DNA of 64,000 nucleotides. Source: Felis catus. Lineage: Eukaryota. Both the position numbers and the translations under genes were made by a program. This document shows positions 1-13,625 of this stretch, one piece after another; position 1 is the stretch's first letter; the number at the start of each line of letters is the position of its first letter. The notes beneath the pieces are model-generated. The model was not told where the DNA came from. It worked only from the letters and a program-made list of their open reading frames with translations, and ran no database searches. The DNA is taken from positions 166,534,001 through 166,598,000 of the forward strand of contig NC_058368.1 in NCBI RefSeq assembly GCF_018350175.1, given 5' to 3'.

Positions 1-540
1 ATAAAGAAGATCACCAATGCTGGTGGCACCGTCTGATCATGTGAGGGCCTGAATAAAACAAAGAGCAGAGGATGGGTAAACTTTCTGGTTGCATAAGCTG
101 AGACATCTATCTTGTGGCCTCAGAAGCCAGCACTCCTAATTCTAGGGCCTTTAGATTCAAACAGTGACTTAACACCATTGGCTGCCCTGATCTCAGGCCT
201 TTGGACTAGAACTGAATTACACCACCTGCCTTTCTGGTTTTCCAGCATCCAAGGCTTCCTATTGTGGGACCTCTCAGTCTTCCTAATAGTGTGTGCCAAT
301 TCCTATAATAAATCCCTCTCTCATATCTCTTTCATTTCATATTGTTGCGTATTGTTGTGTATTAAAGTTTTCCAGAAAAACAAAAACAGTTTATGTATGT
401 TGTGTGTAGATATATGTAGATACTACATAAATTAGTTTTTGAATTCTTCTGCAATGCCAGAATGCATTTTTAAAAATATATATATAGAAAGAGAGAAAAG
501 AGAGATTCTATTTTTGTTTCTCTGAAGAATCCTGATATAG
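1..540 (+). mobile_element. MLT2-type (ERVL) LTR, 3' portion, 5' end outside window
   Basis: Motifs gagggcctgaataaaaca, ctgaattacaccacctgcctttctgg, ccaattcctataataaat and terminal tgtttctctgaagaatcctga resemble the recalled MLT2 consensus. Confidence 0.8.
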
Positions 541-584
541 GCACTACAGAATAATATAAAATAAGCTGGCAATACTTTGCGTAG

Positions 585-910
585 GAAACAAAGAACACAA
601 TTTTACATAGTAAAATCTACATAGTGTAGATTAATTTATATAAAGTTCAAGACAAGGCAAACTAAAATAGTGTTGTTAATTGATAAATACATAGTAAAAT
701 ACAAAATCAAGAGAATTATTACAAAGATCAGGAGAGTGATCATTTTTGCAGGAAGAAATATTTTGGAAGAGAGGCATACAAAAGTTTCAAGTACTAGAAA
801 TACTCTCTTTTTTGAACAAGGGAATGGTTATATGGATATCCATTAATACTTACATACATGAGACATATATATATTCTTGTGTTCATATAGTATTTATCAC
901 AATAGTAAAA
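585..910 (+). mobile_element. Ancient L1ME-type 3' UTR fragment
   Basis: tttatataaagttcaagacaaggcaaactaaa...tactagaaatactctcttttttgaacaaggg resembles L1ME 3' UTR. Confidence 0.65.
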
Positions 911-3900
911 ATCAACCAGCTTGAATTGTATATGATGTAGGCTAGAATAACAACAAAAATGGTAGAGGGGAGTAAGAAAATAATTATTAATATACAGAAA
1001 TGTATTGGTTCATTTTCCTGGGATCTTGATAAAACATCTATTAGCTAAATATTTCTTGGCATAGTTCAAATTTATAAAGGGCTTAACAAATGAAATTGAC
1101 TTCTATAATAAAGAGACAAGATACCTGAAGAGCCACAGCACAGACAGCTTAATTGGGTTTCATTAAGATTTTGATTATATTGGCATATATAGTTATGCAA
1201 TGTGGCATATGATACTCAGACTATCAGGCTAGTAAATGACTTCAGAATTAACTGTGGCTTTTGGAAATTAGGTGATTAGTGATTTAAGAGCAAATGGAAA
1301 TAAAAGAAAATGGAAAAGAAATAAAGGAGCACTTGGGGAAATTTTGTGTAGTCATTTTAAGATATTAATCTTTGCCATATTATTTTTCTCTCACTTAGAT
1401 TATGCTCCCCATTTAAAAAAATGAATATAGATATTGTAGACTTCAAATATTCATTTATGTACTATATATAATAGGTTTTTTATTATTTTTATAGACCTGA
1501 AAGTACAAGCAATCTTCTTAGTTTTATAGATGTTGTTCCATAGGTAGTCAGTGCCTACCTCCCAAAGGCTTCTTTAAGGATCCATGAGGAGTTTATTCCT
1601 AAATTAAAATGTAATCTTAGAGTAAAATTCAAAATGACATTTTAAGCCCATTTTCCTTTTTTCACCTACTTTAGCCAGTAGAAGATGTAAATTTTCTATT
1701 GCATAACCATTTCTAAAGGAAGAAGACATTATGTTTACATGCATTTTGCATAGCATAAACTAAAAAAAAAAGTATACCTTGTGTTTAACACATATAATGC
1801 ATTTTCTATATATTGCTCTCCATTTCTTATGTGTGCTCTCACCAAATAATACATGTATGAGCTGTGGTGATTTTTCCCCCATCAATACTGGTCCTATTGA
1901 TCCAGAAAAATATTCTCTCACACACACAAATACTGGTATATAAGATGGAGAGATAGTATTCAGTAATATGGCAGAATAAACAATACAAATAACCTCTCTA
2001 AAAGACGCATAGGAATTCTGGCTTTAGAACTTAGAAGAAGACACTTACGTGAAAAATATTACAAATATCCCCTCAATTATATGAATGAGTTCACAAGAAA
2101 GTAAACAAAATCCCCAGATGCCAAAAATGAGGAGGAAGCCAAGACCAAAGTGGCTGCATGGATACAGTAATGGAGGCATTGGGGGTCCATGAAGTGGGAA
2201 GTCAGAACTGAAATGCCAGAATAATGCCAGCGGAGAGGCATCTACTGCCAGTAGAGGGATATAATGAGAAAAACCACGTGCCTGCCCTGAGCTCCAGTTG
2301 GAAAATAGGTACGCATGAAATTGTGACTAAAGATCTGCTTTTTCACGAGCTTATAGTTTCGGAGATCCTTGCCAAGCAAGACCAAGATAACTTAGTTATA
2401 CAATGACCCTCAACCATGGCTGCACAAAATTTGTACATATAAAGTTTAACAACATTAACATTATAAAATTAACACAAAAATGAATGTGCTACAATGAAAG
2501 AATGAGAAGATTTAGACTCCCAGAATTTTCAGATAATGGACTTTTGGAATATAGAGTATGAAAAATATATTTTAAAATTTAGTAGATAAAAAAATAAAAA
2601 TGAGAAGGAAGAAAATAACAGAATAAGCCCCCCCAAATAACTAAGTACATTATTTAAATTATCAAGTACAATTTACTAAAATAACAAATAGGATTATTGA
2701 TATTGTATATTCAGTGGATTGATAAAAAGCTTAGATACAACTAAAGACTGATTAGCTCAAAAATAATATAGAAGGGATTATCTATACCAGCACAAATAGA
2801 AGATCAATAAAGAAATAAAAATTAAAAAACACGTAGACAGAAAAGTTTAAGAATGCTAATAGTCGTTCTAGAGAAATGGACAAGAAAATGGAGACACTAT
2901 TCAAATAAATGATAGTTGATATTTTCCTAGAATCAATGAAATATGCGAATTTCAAGATATAAAAAGCACAAGATCTGTAATGAATATTTATATACATGGT
3001 AATAAAACTTTAAGGCACCAAGGGCAAAAACATTTTATTTTTAACTTTCAAGTGTATAATAAATTCTTAATTATAACCCATACTATACATTAGATCCCCA
3101 GAACTTACTCATCTTTATAACTGGAAGTTTGTACATTTTAAGCAACATCTTAGTTCACCCACCCCCAAGTTCCTGCTAATCACCATGCTAGTTTCTGCTT
3201 CTATGAGTTCTACATTTCATGTTACACATACGGGTGATACAATACAGAATTTGTCTTTCTCACTTAGCCTAGTGCCGCCAAGGTCCGTCCATGTTGTTGC
3301 AAATAGAAAGTTCTCCTTTCTCAGAGCTGAATAATATTCCATTGAATATACATACCATTTCTTCTTTGTGCATCGTTTGATAGAAAATTAGGTTGTTTAC
3401 ATATCTTGACTATTGTGAATAATACTGCAGTGAACATGGATGGGCAGATATCTCTTGAAGATCCTGTTTTCATTCACTTTGGATATATATCCAGAAGTGG
3501 AATTGCTCTATCATATGGTATTCCTGTTTTTAATTTTTTTAATGGACGCTCCTTACTGTTTTCCATAGAGGCTGTATCAAGGAAATACTGGCCTGGTAAA
3601 CTGATCTTGGAGTATTTCCTTCTCTTCATGTTTGAAAGAATTTGAATGGATTGACATTAATTCTTGAAATGTTTCATGGGATTCACTAAGGAAGCCATCT
3701 GATATTGGGCTTTTCTTTGTTGGGAGGTTTTTGACTACTGAATAAATCTCTTTACTAGAAAGTGGTCTGTACAGATTTTCTATTTCTTTTTTATTTAGTC
3801 TTGATAGATCATTTCTTGGAATGATTCTATTCTGTTGTCCAATTTTTTACTGTATAATTGTTCATAGTCCCTTATAATTCTTTATTGTTTCTGTGATATT

Positions 3901-4986
3901 AGTTGTAATATCTCATCTTTCATTTCTCACTTTGAGTTCTCTCTCTTTTTTTCCCCTTAGTCTGGCTAAAGGTTTGCTAATTTTGAACCAACTCTTAGTT
4001 TCATTAATCATTTCTATAGTCTTTTTAGTCTCTATTTATTTCCACTCTGACCTATTATTTCCTTCCTTCTACTAACTTAGGTTTTGTTCTTTTTCCAGTT
4101 CTGCTAGGTATAAAGTTAGGTGGTTTGAGATTTTTCGTTTCTTGATATATACTATGTCTTTTGATTGGAAAATGTCAATTTACATAAAACGTTTATTGAT
4201 ACTTATGGGCTATTGCTATTCTGTTAATTTGTTTTCTGGCTGCTTTGTAAAGCTTCTTTTACTTTCTCCTTTATCATGATCTTTTCCCCTTTGTTATTTG
4301 ATGTTTTTGTACAGTGGTATGCCAGTATTCTTTTTATCTTCTGTGTATCTACTACAAGTTTTTACTTTGTGATTACCATCAGGCTTACATAAATCTAGTT
4401 ATAACAGTCTAAGCTGATATTTATTTAAGTCTGAACACATATTAAGCTCTATATTATTACCCCTCCTCCCACACACACATTTTTATATTTTTAGTGTCAC
4501 AATTTATATCTTTTTACTTTGTGTTCACTCACAGATTATTTTAAAAATATTTTTGCTACTTTTGTCTTTTAACTTTCATGTTAGATTTGTAAGTGCTTTA
4601 CTTGCCACCATTACATTATTCTGAATTTAACTATATATTTACCTTTATATATTTAACTATTTATTCTGAATTTCACTATGTATTTATCCTTTCATGTTTT
4701 CTTTTTCCTACTTAGTGCTTTCTTATTTCATTTTGAGGAAATCCCTTTAACACTTCTTGTAAGGCTAGTCTAATGGTGATGAAGTCTTTCAGCTTTTACT
4801 TAGCTGGAAAACTGAGACTTTCTGTTTCAATGTATTTTCTCATTCAAACAATGTATAGGAGTCACTCAATTTATAGATTTATTTCGGTGATAATTTCCCT
4901 ATGTACAACTGTACCTTTAGTGTGTTTGTGAGAAAAGGGGAGTTTAGGAATCTCCTATGTTACCATCTTTCAAAAATCCCTCCTTT

Positions 4987-5067
4987 GGGATGCTGTCCAG
5001 CTCAGGTGGTAGAGCATATGACTCTTGATCTCAGAGTCATGAGATTACTTAAAAAATAAAAAAAAAA
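4987..5067 (+). mobile_element. Short tRNA-derived CanSINE (SINEC_c-like), internally deleted
   Basis: gctcaggtggtagagcatatgactcttgatctcagagtcatgag followed by attacttaaaaaataaa tail. Confidence 0.75.
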
Positions 5068-5068
5068 T

Positions 5069-5280
5069 GGGGTGCTTGGGTGACTCATTCGGTTAAGTGT
5101 CCATCTCTTGGTTTTGGCTCAGGTCGTGCTCATGGTTTCGTGAGTTTGAGCCCTGTGTCAGGCTCTGCACTGACATTGTGGAGCCTGCTTGGGAGGCTCT
5201 GTCTTTTTCTCTCTCTGCCCTTACCCTGCTTATGCTGTCTCTGTCTCTCTATAAAAAAAAATAAATAAAAATATTTTTAA
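5069..5280 (+). mobile_element. CanSINE
   Basis: ggggtgcttgggtgactcattcggttaag head, (CT) tract, A-rich tail. Confidence 0.93.
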
Positions 5281-7163
5281 AAATCCTGTTTCAAAAGGTT
5301 TTAAATTAGCCATAAAGGAAAGGCATTTTAAAGAGAAATTATGATGATTAGACTTACAGCAGACTAACAATTACAAGAATAGATGATAATACAAACACTG
5401 GGGAAAAGTTCCTACAAATGTAGAGAATATAACCATCCATAATTGTATACCTATTTAATTTTTACTTAATGAAAAGTTGAAGAGAAATTAGACAAATCGT
5501 TGATTGAGTCTACCACTTATTAACCCTCAATACTAAATGTTTAATAAATTTACTTCACTATAAATAAAAAAGGGAAGAAATAAGAAGGAATAGTGAGCAA
5601 AGGAACTGGTATGTATGTAATGTAAACATATTACATATGAAATGCTAATATCCAATATATGTTGGGTGTGGAATATAACATATAAGTAAAATATACAGCA
5701 ATAACATGTATCACAGAAAACAATTATTAGTTTTGAGAAGTTCTAATGGACTCACATACTTCTTAAGGATAGTGGAGCTAGTGGTGAGTACGTGTGTGTG
5801 TGTATGTGTGTGTATATCAGTATATGTGTGTTACCCATAAATACTTACAAATAAAATAGAGTGTATAGTTCTAAAACCATTAGAAGGAGGAAAAAGGAAA
5901 AATGTATTAAATCCAAAGAAAGCAGCAAAAGAGATTAAGATATTACAAAATAAGATTATAGCAGGAAGTTGCAAGCATTTATCATTGTGATACCTGTAAA
6001 TGGTAGAAATTTTCCAGTTAAGTACAGAAGTCATAGGAGTAAATAAAAAGAAACAGAGACAAACTTTGTACTGTTTATAAACATAAGTTAGAATGTCAAA
6101 GACTGGAACTGAAAAGACAAAAGACAATTAAACTCATCAAATAGCAATGAAAATAAATGGTATAGTGAGGTTACTATTAGACCAAATAAATTTTCAAGCA
6201 GAGAGTCATCATGCTATAATAAGATATAATTTGGAGTTTGTATTTGCATATTTTATCATCATCTCCCTCAATCTTTTGACAAATATAAATATATAATATA
6301 GTCTCAAAACACATGAAGAAAGAATGGACAGAATTCAACCGATATCAACAAATTAGCCATCAACCCTATTCATATAAAAAACTGGACACATTTTAAGCCT
6401 TAATGCAAGACTCAGAAATTTTCAAAGACCACATTTTGTGATCAAAATTCCAAGTTTTTAATTCTTTCATAAATTTCTTGGGAAGCATTCTTGATTACAG
6501 CAATACCTGAGTTCTTAAATACTTAAAAACTTTTTCAATTGCTTTCATTTTGAAAGCAAAGGTTGGCTGAATATAAAACCCTTGGTTCATAAAAAAAATA
6601 CCATTAAGTTAAATATATAGAACAAGGTTACTATGAGAAGTTAAAAAAATATAGTAAATTAATAGAATATTTTAATTTATACCACAAAGAGAAATCATAA
6701 TGTGATTAGGAAATTCAGCACCTGTTTTATTTTTATGAAAAAGAAGAAACTTTTAGAGAAAAAAAAATAAACCTGAGATTTCCCAGTTGAATAAAATCCA
6801 TCAGCAAACAACAGTGACAAATAAATAATTAAAATATTTATTTAAAATCAGAAGTAAAAATACATGCTTGAGTGTTTTCATTACTGCCTTTCAATATTTT
6901 ATTTGAGGGATTAGGTAATGTAAATTACAAGAAAAAGAAATAAAAATTATAAGCTATTAAAAAAACCTCATTACTTACAGATATCTTTATTCTAACAGAA
7001 AATTAAATAGAATTTATACACATTTATTTGAATTTATTAGGTCAATATGCAATCAATTACAGCTTCATTATATAAAATGAATTATTTTTCAGTATCCTAG
7101 AAACAAAAATAGAAGCCACATAATTGAAGAATAATTGCATTTTTCTAAAAGTAAAAATATTGG

Positions 7164-7291
7164 GGGGCACCTGGGTGGCTCAGTTTGTTAAGTATCTGAC
7201 TCTTGATTTCAGCTTAGGTCATGATCTCACGGTTCATGAAATTGAGCTCCATGTCAGTCTCCATGCTCACAGCATAGAGCCTGATTGGGAT

Positions 7292-7327
<36 letters not shown>

Positions 7328-7448
7328 TCCCTCCCTCTCCCTCTCCCTCTCTCCCTCCCTCCGTCCCTCTCTCCCTCCCTCCCTCCCTCCTCCCTCCTCC
7401 CCAGCTCCCTCTTTGTCTCTCAAAATAAACTTTCAAAAGCAATAAAAA
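7164..7448 (+). mobile_element. CanSINE with expanded (CT)/(CCCT) tract
   Basis: ggggcacctgggtggctcag head, ~120 bp pyrimidine tract 7295-7415, aaataaa tail. Confidence 0.95.
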
Positions 7449-7851
7449 CGTTAGGTTGTTGATGACTACATTTAACAAAGCTGTGTAAAATATTTTTGAA
7501 GAATATATGATTTTATGAAAAGACATTACAATGGAAAAACAAAAAGGAGAAAGAGGAGGAGGATGACAGGGAAGGAGGAGAGTGTACCATGTAATGAATT
7601 GAAACACTACTATATACATACCATTGCACTCCAAATTCACCTATAAAGTTAGTGTCATTCCATTTATAATGACAACAGGTTATACTCATGAAAATTGTAA
7701 AGCTCATGCTAAAATACATGTGGAATGGACAAGAACCAAAATTTTTGTAGACAGAAATGAAGCAATTTGCTATCTCAAGAATAAATTGATGATACTTAAA
7801 TTTACATAGTACTTTTTAGCTGCCAACATTATTGTTTAATGTTTACATTTA

Positions 7852-8030
7852 GGGGAGCCTGACTTCAGCTCAGGTTATGATCTTGCAGTTGGTGGGTTTG
7901 AGCCTCACATTGGGCTCTCTGCTAACAGCCCAGAGGCTGGAGCCTGATTTGGGTTCTGTGTCCCACCCCCCCCTGCCCCTCCCTTACTCATGCTCTGTCT
8001 TTCTCTGAAAAATTTTTAAAAATTAAAAAT
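7852..8030 (+). mobile_element. CanSINE lacking the A-box region
   Basis: ggggagcct joined directly to gacttcagctcagg, otherwise typical body. Confidence 0.88.
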
Positions 8031-8045
8031 TTAAAGTATTATTAC

Positions 8046-8210
8046 TCTCCACAACAATTAAGTAAGTTCTCCACAACAATTATATAAGTTATAAAGTCCC
8101 TATCTTGTAGATAAGGAAACAGTGATACGGAGGACAGATAATTTGTCCATTTTCACACAGTGGTAGAGACTGAATTTAAATCTGGACCTTTTGGTTGTAT
8201 AGTCTTGTTA
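8046..8210 (-). mobile_element. MIR fragment
   Basis: Core ctatcttgtagataaggaaacagtg...gataatttgtcc...cacacag. Confidence 0.7.
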
Positions 8211-8375
8211 ATAATTATTATATTAATAATTGTCAAAACATTATTGAACTTTGAACATTATTGCAAAGTGTTGTATTAAGCAGGTATAAACAGAGATGCT
8301 AACTGATCGGAATAGAAAGCCTGGAATTTGGCTAAAAGATGTAGGAATGTTTACTATGTAGCAAAGATGGTTTTT

Positions 8376-8583
8376 AAAAAAATAATGTTTATTTTTGAGA
8401 GAGAGACAGTCACAGAGTGTGAGCAGGGGAGGAGAAGAGAGGGAAAGAGACACAGAATCTGAAGTGTATCCAGGCTCTGAGCTGTCAGCACAGAGCCTGA
8501 CGCGGGGCTCAAATTCATAAACCACGAGATGAAGACCTCAGCTGATGTCAGATGCTTAACTGACTTAGCCACCCAGGCACCCC
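8376..8583 (-). mobile_element. CanSINE with TSD
   Basis: Antisense head gccacccaggcacccc, TSD aaagatggtttt on both sides. Confidence 0.95.
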
Positions 8584-9174
8584 AAAGATGGTTTTGAATA
8601 ATCAGGATTGGAAGTAAGGTTTGAACAATTTGATAAAAAAAATTCCTTGGACAATTCAAAATTACTTGCAGGTAAATTCAAGGCTGAAATATATAAAGTA
8701 AAATTTAAAATGTCTTTATAATTTTAAAAATTTTGTTTTGAAAAGGATTTTTAACATAGACACAAAAACAAGTAGGAAGAAACTGATTATTATAACCATG
8801 TTAAATGGAAAACATCTGTGTTTCTATAGCTACCAAAAAAGGACAAGAAACAAGTGACAAACTAGAAGATATTTGCTACATGTATCAAAAGTTTTGGTAT
8901 TCAGAATATTTCTTTTACAAACCACAAATGGATAATAATGATTATTATAGAATTATTTTATGTAATAAAATTATAATTTTACTTTTTTGTATTTATACTT
9001 TATTATAATTTAATGTTTATATTTACATGTTACTACTTATAATATTTTTATAATTACATTATTAAAATTATAATGTATAAAATATAAAGTATAAGTTTAA
9101 AGGATATACCTGCATATGTGCTGAGGTAGAGATGTATAATATATTATGGCAACATCATTTAAAAAACGGAAATA

Positions 9175-9397
9175 GGGGCGCCTGGGTGGCGCAGTCGGTT
9201 AGGCGTCCGACTTCAGCCAGGTCACGATCTCGCGGTCCGTGAGTTTGAGCCCCGCGTCAGGCTCTGGGCTGATGGCTCGGAGCCTGGAGCCTGTTTCCGA
9301 TTCTGTGTCTCCCTCTCTCTCTGCCCCTCCCCCGTTCATGCTCTGTCTCTCTCTGTCCCAAAAATAAAAAAAATAAAAAAATAATAAAAAAAAAAAA
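9175..9397 (+). mobile_element. Young felid SINEC_Fc-type SINE
   Basis: CpG-rich, diagnostic cttcagccaggtcacgatc, long A tail, TSD aaaaaacggaaata/aaaaaactgaaata. Confidence 0.97.
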
Positions 9398-9817
9398 CTG
9401 AAATAATTGGAAACAAATCAAATGCCCATTGCCAGAAGAATTTTAATGGAAATGTGGTATAATAGATAAATGTCATAAACCAACTGGGAAAATTATACAA
9501 AACTATTATAATGTATTTAACTTTAACTCTACAATACAAACATAGTAAATGTTTATGGATACATACATGTGTATTAAAAGTTTGAGAACACATGTGGAAA
9601 TGCAAAATTAATGATAATAGCCTTTTCTGTGGAGAGATGAATAACGTGGAAAGGAAATGGAATGGGGAGTATTAAAGGAGCCTCCCTATGTTGTGTGCTT
9701 TATATCTGATGCTGGTTTGTAAACCATAGTAGTGTACAATATAGACTTTGGCATTTTTTTGAGAAATTAATAATGTAAAACATAATATGCTCTTTCGTTA
9801 AACATTCATTAAGAGTT

Positions 9818-9986
9818 GGGGTGCCTGGTTGTCTCAGTTGGTTGAGTGTCTGACTTTGGCTCAGGTCATGATCTTGCAGTCAGTGAGTTCGAGTCCTGCT
9901 TCTGGCTCCCTGCTGACAGCTCAGAGCCTGGAGCCTGCTTTGGTTTCTGTGTCTCCCTTTCTCTCTCTGTCCCTACCCACCTCATA

Positions 9987-10050
<64 letters not shown>

Positions 10051-10065
10051 AATAAATAAACATTA
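9818..10065 (+). mobile_element. CanSINE with long (CT)n
   Basis: ggggtgcctggttgtctcag head, pure (CT)n at ~9991-10047. Confidence 0.95.
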
Positions 10066-10689
10066 TTTTTTTTAATTTGTTAATGGTTGTTAATTTAGGA
10101 AGAAAGAAGATTTAAAAAAAAAACTCCTAAGTGATACAATTTATTAATGTTGCAGTAAAACCCTTCAGTGTGTCTAATAATAGGACTATGGGCTTTTTGT
10201 CTGCCTTCTGCAGTCTCTATGCTGTCAAACAAATTGTAGTCAAGGTGGTAACTGAGTATTGCCATATACTGATATTTGAACCATAACTGGGATGATTTTG
10301 AGATAAAAAGTAACACCATGGTGTTTTTTTTTTAAATAATTGTTGCTTATTCTAATACTTTTCAAATAGAGATGAAAATTAAATGAGGATGTTTCTTTAC
10401 AAGCAACATATTTCCAACTAAACTTTTAACTCTCGGTTCATCTAATACTCAAATTTAACAAAGTACAACTTGTACAATGAATCAGAGATAATCATTAATT
10501 ACTGCATGCTCTAAAATGGGTGTTATCTTTGTGTAATTTTTTTATGGAGAAAATGGAGTATTTGCACTTGTCTGTAGGAAGGCTAAATCTCATACAGATC
10601 AAATGACTTAGAAGATACTGTTATCACAAAGGAATAAAGTACATTTGCCTAAAATATATTTGTTTTTAAGTGCCCAAGCTGCCATCTTT

Positions 10690-11760
10690 AAAGTCTTGTG
10701 TCACCACTATCCCAAGCCTAACACCTTCCACCACATACACACACATTTGCTTCATTCTTTGTCACTTACCTGCAGTTTCTATCTGAGGTCCTAAATCATC
10801 CTTCTGTAGTTTCCTATTTCACAAAAATGCATAGCCTGTTCTAAAGTCTGTCATCTCCATGTCTCTGAGGACCATCACCTACAATAATTCCGGCATCTTA
10901 AATACCCCAGTCTTTCAATTAATCTCTCATCCTTACAACATGTTTTGCAAACTCATTAGGAACTTCCAACCACTGATTACACAATTATTTTTTTTATTCT
11001 TTCCATCTCTTCACAGCAAGATTTAAAAAATAAGCTCTATATACTTATCTCCCACTTATTCTCTCTTAATCTGGAATCCCTTCCTATGAAACTTAAATCC
11101 TACCATTTTACTGAAACTATTCTCGTGAATATAACCAACATCATTGTCACCAAACCCAAAGAATGCTTTCAATCCATATCTTCATTGAATATTCAAACTT
11201 ATTAAACATAAACACCTTTACATAAATTCATACCCTGTAACAATTTTAATGGCATCCTACATGTTTATATATTAACTTATCCAAACATAATTTCCTTATC
11301 TTAGTATTTATTCTATCCACTAGGTTGCAATATTCATTACCTTCAATTTTGTACAATTTTCCAGGTCATTGACATTGACTTCTATAATGTTGAATAAATT
11401 TTGGCTGCTACTGCTTACCATTTCTTTCTTGAGGTCTGTCTTCGCTACTGTAACACCAAACTTTCCTGATTTTTCTCCTACACCTATGGGTTTTCCTTCT
11501 CTGTCTCCTTAACACTCCTCCTCTTATAACTAATTATACATGGTGAAATTCCTTAGAACTGTACCCCAAATCGACTTTTCTCCTCAGGCTAATCTCTCTA
11601 CATAGATGATATTATCCACCCTAATAGTTTTGATTATGAATAATATGATAAGGGCACCAACACTCAGGTATCATTAATCTGAACCTCCCTTTTGACACAT
11701 CTCATTATGATGGCTTAGATGAACAGTATCTTCTTCCAGACCCCTTCCTCCTCTACTATA
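10690..11760 (+). mobile_element. L2 LINE fragment (RT region), interrupted at ~11195-11390
   Basis: ccattttactgaaactattctcgtgaatataaccaac (HSTETAL.KVTND-like) and gatattatccaccctaatagttttgattat (DLIHSHGFNY-like), both degraded. Confidence 0.7.
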
Positions 11761-12345
11761 CAGCCTGATGGAAATACAGTGGGACAAAACTCCAAAAGAA
11801 TGTTGATTATGCATATTTAAAAATCTTAAAATATTTAAAATTTTGGATTGAATAGTGCATTGCTAAGATTTTTTTCTAAAAGCAATATACTTTCTATGCA
11901 TACTTTCATATATTTTAAAATATTTCCATATATTTTATATATTTGTCATTATTATATATTTCTATTTTATACGTCATGGATAAATACATACACATTGTAG
12001 TCTTAGTGAAAAGTTGCAGAATTCTAGTCTTCATCAGTAGGGGTTTGGTGGAGCTATTTTGGTTTACAGAGACTAAAAAATAGTAAAACAAAACAAAAAA
12101 TTGTTTTTAAACAAAAATATTAATGAATATATAATATATATGATATATTACTAACCAAAAAAGTAGTGTTCAAATGAATTTATAGAACATTCATCTTAAC
12201 AATATGAGAACAATCCTTTTTCTAATGAACATAGGAGTATCAGTCATTTTCTTTTATTATAAAGCTATCTATTTTGGTGAAAACAATGTTAGACCTTAAC
12301 TGATCACTCAATTTATAAAAGCCAGCAAGAAGTTAATGAGTTTTT

Positions 12346-12546
12346 TAAAATGTTTATTGATTTAATTTTGAGAGAGGGAGTGAGCACAAGCCAGGGAGGG
12401 AGAGAATCCCAGGCAGGCTACATGCTCAGCATGGAGCCTCATTCAGCACAAAGTCCCACTGTGGTGCTGGATCTCACCACCATGAGATCATGACCTGAGC
12501 TGAAATCAAGAGTTCGTTGCATAACTGGCTGAGCCACCCAGGACCC
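12346..12546 (-). mobile_element. CanSINE with ~21 bp TSD
   Basis: TSD gcaagaagttaatgagttttt/gcaagaagttagtgagttttt. Confidence 0.93.
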
Positions 12547-12779
12547 GCAAGAAGTTAGTGAGTTTTTACTTGTGAATTATTTTTCTAGTTTTCTCTTGTT
12601 TGGAAGATGAATGGTAGAGAGTCTCATTCCTTTCCATCATGGAGCCAATGCTGGAACTGCAGTTGGTTTGTAAGAAGAACGTAGACCTGACTTAAAAAAG
12701 ACTTTTGATTATGAATATAAATCAAAACTACCCTCCACAGTGAAAGGCAACCTTTAGTGTGGGTATTAAAGTACTATTT

Positions 12780-13020
12780 GGGGCACCTGGGTGGTTCAGT
12801 CTGTTAAGCTTCCAACTTTGGCTCAGGTCATGATCTTGTGGTCTGTGAGTTCAAGTCCCACCTTGGGCTCTGTGCTGACAGCTCGGAGCTCCAAGCCTGG
12901 AGCCTGCTTTATATTCTATGTCTCCTTCTCTCTTTGCCCCTCCCCCTCTCGTACTCTGTCTCTCTCTCAAATGTAAATAAACATTAAAAGTTTTAAAATA
13001 AATAAGTAAATAAATAAAGA
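12780..13020 (+). mobile_element. CanSINE
   Basis: ggggcacctgggtggttcag head, (TAAA)n tail. Confidence 0.95.
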
Positions 13021-13386
13021 AAATACTGCCTTATATAGAAACCTAACTACAAAGTTACATATGTCAACTGCTTTGTATATAAGAGGTAGTTCTATTTTTT
13101 GAGAAGAATCATTGCTTACTTCCTAAGAATCATTTTGACTATTACTGTGTAGAACCTATATATGGGATTGCTAAATAAGAATTGAATTACTGATACTGAC
13201 ACATTAATGTTAGCAGTTTAAAAAATATTTTCTCATCCTTTTCCCTCTATTATTTTGATAATATTTCTATTCCTGTGGAATAAACTAGTTAAAGTATACT
13301 TTTAAACAATTTGTTTCAGTTTCACTCACAAAAAATAAAAATTATGAGATATTAACAGAGGCAGTTATATAAAAAATACCATTTTG

Positions 13387-13388
<2 letters not shown>

Positions 13389-13421
<33 letters not shown>
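13389..13421. repeat. (GT)n microsatellite
   Basis: About 16 uninterrupted GT units. Confidence 0.98.
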
Positions 13422-13423
<2 letters not shown>

Positions 13424-13625
13424 CTTTTTTCCTTTCTTGAAAGATGACCAAATTCAGAAAACAACAAAAAGTAAGCTGTAGCTATTCTAATCACCTATAT
13501 CCAGAAGTTCAAAATATTTTTACCTCTACTGCTTGCTACAAATTTATTGAGACTAGAATTGTCAGAGGCAACATCTGAATTCTGCTTTGAAAGTCAGTGA
13601 AGGGGAATTAATGTCCAATTTGATC

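Larger units (their letters stand above)
3033..5292 (-). mobile_element. Internally deleted L1 (L1MA/L1_Carn-like 3' UTR) retaining 5' and 3' ends, with SINEs inserted at 4987-5280
   Basis: 3' UTR/ORF2 end 3033-3580 (tagatccccagaacttactcatc), ORF2 piece 3580-4145, inter-ORF/ORF1 end 4150-4815, 5' end 4820-4980 (ctcctatgttaccatctt = antisense of aagatggtaacatagg). Confidence 0.8.
1950..9760 (+). mobile_element. Ancient, heavily degraded near-full-length L1M element interrupted by younger insertions
   Basis: Colinear remnants: 5' region ~1950-2400, ORF1-like 2450-3030 resuming at ~5293 (gattagacttacagcagac), ORF2-like 5850-7140, 7450-7800 and 8230-8900, and 3' UTR-like 9100-9760. No intact frame. 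Confidence 0.65.

Noticed and set aside
8046..8090. Short tandem duplications (also ~4615-4690, 55457-55481 and 58142-58166)
   Set aside because: Two-copy 12-30 bp slippage duplications are commonplace and show no higher-order structure.
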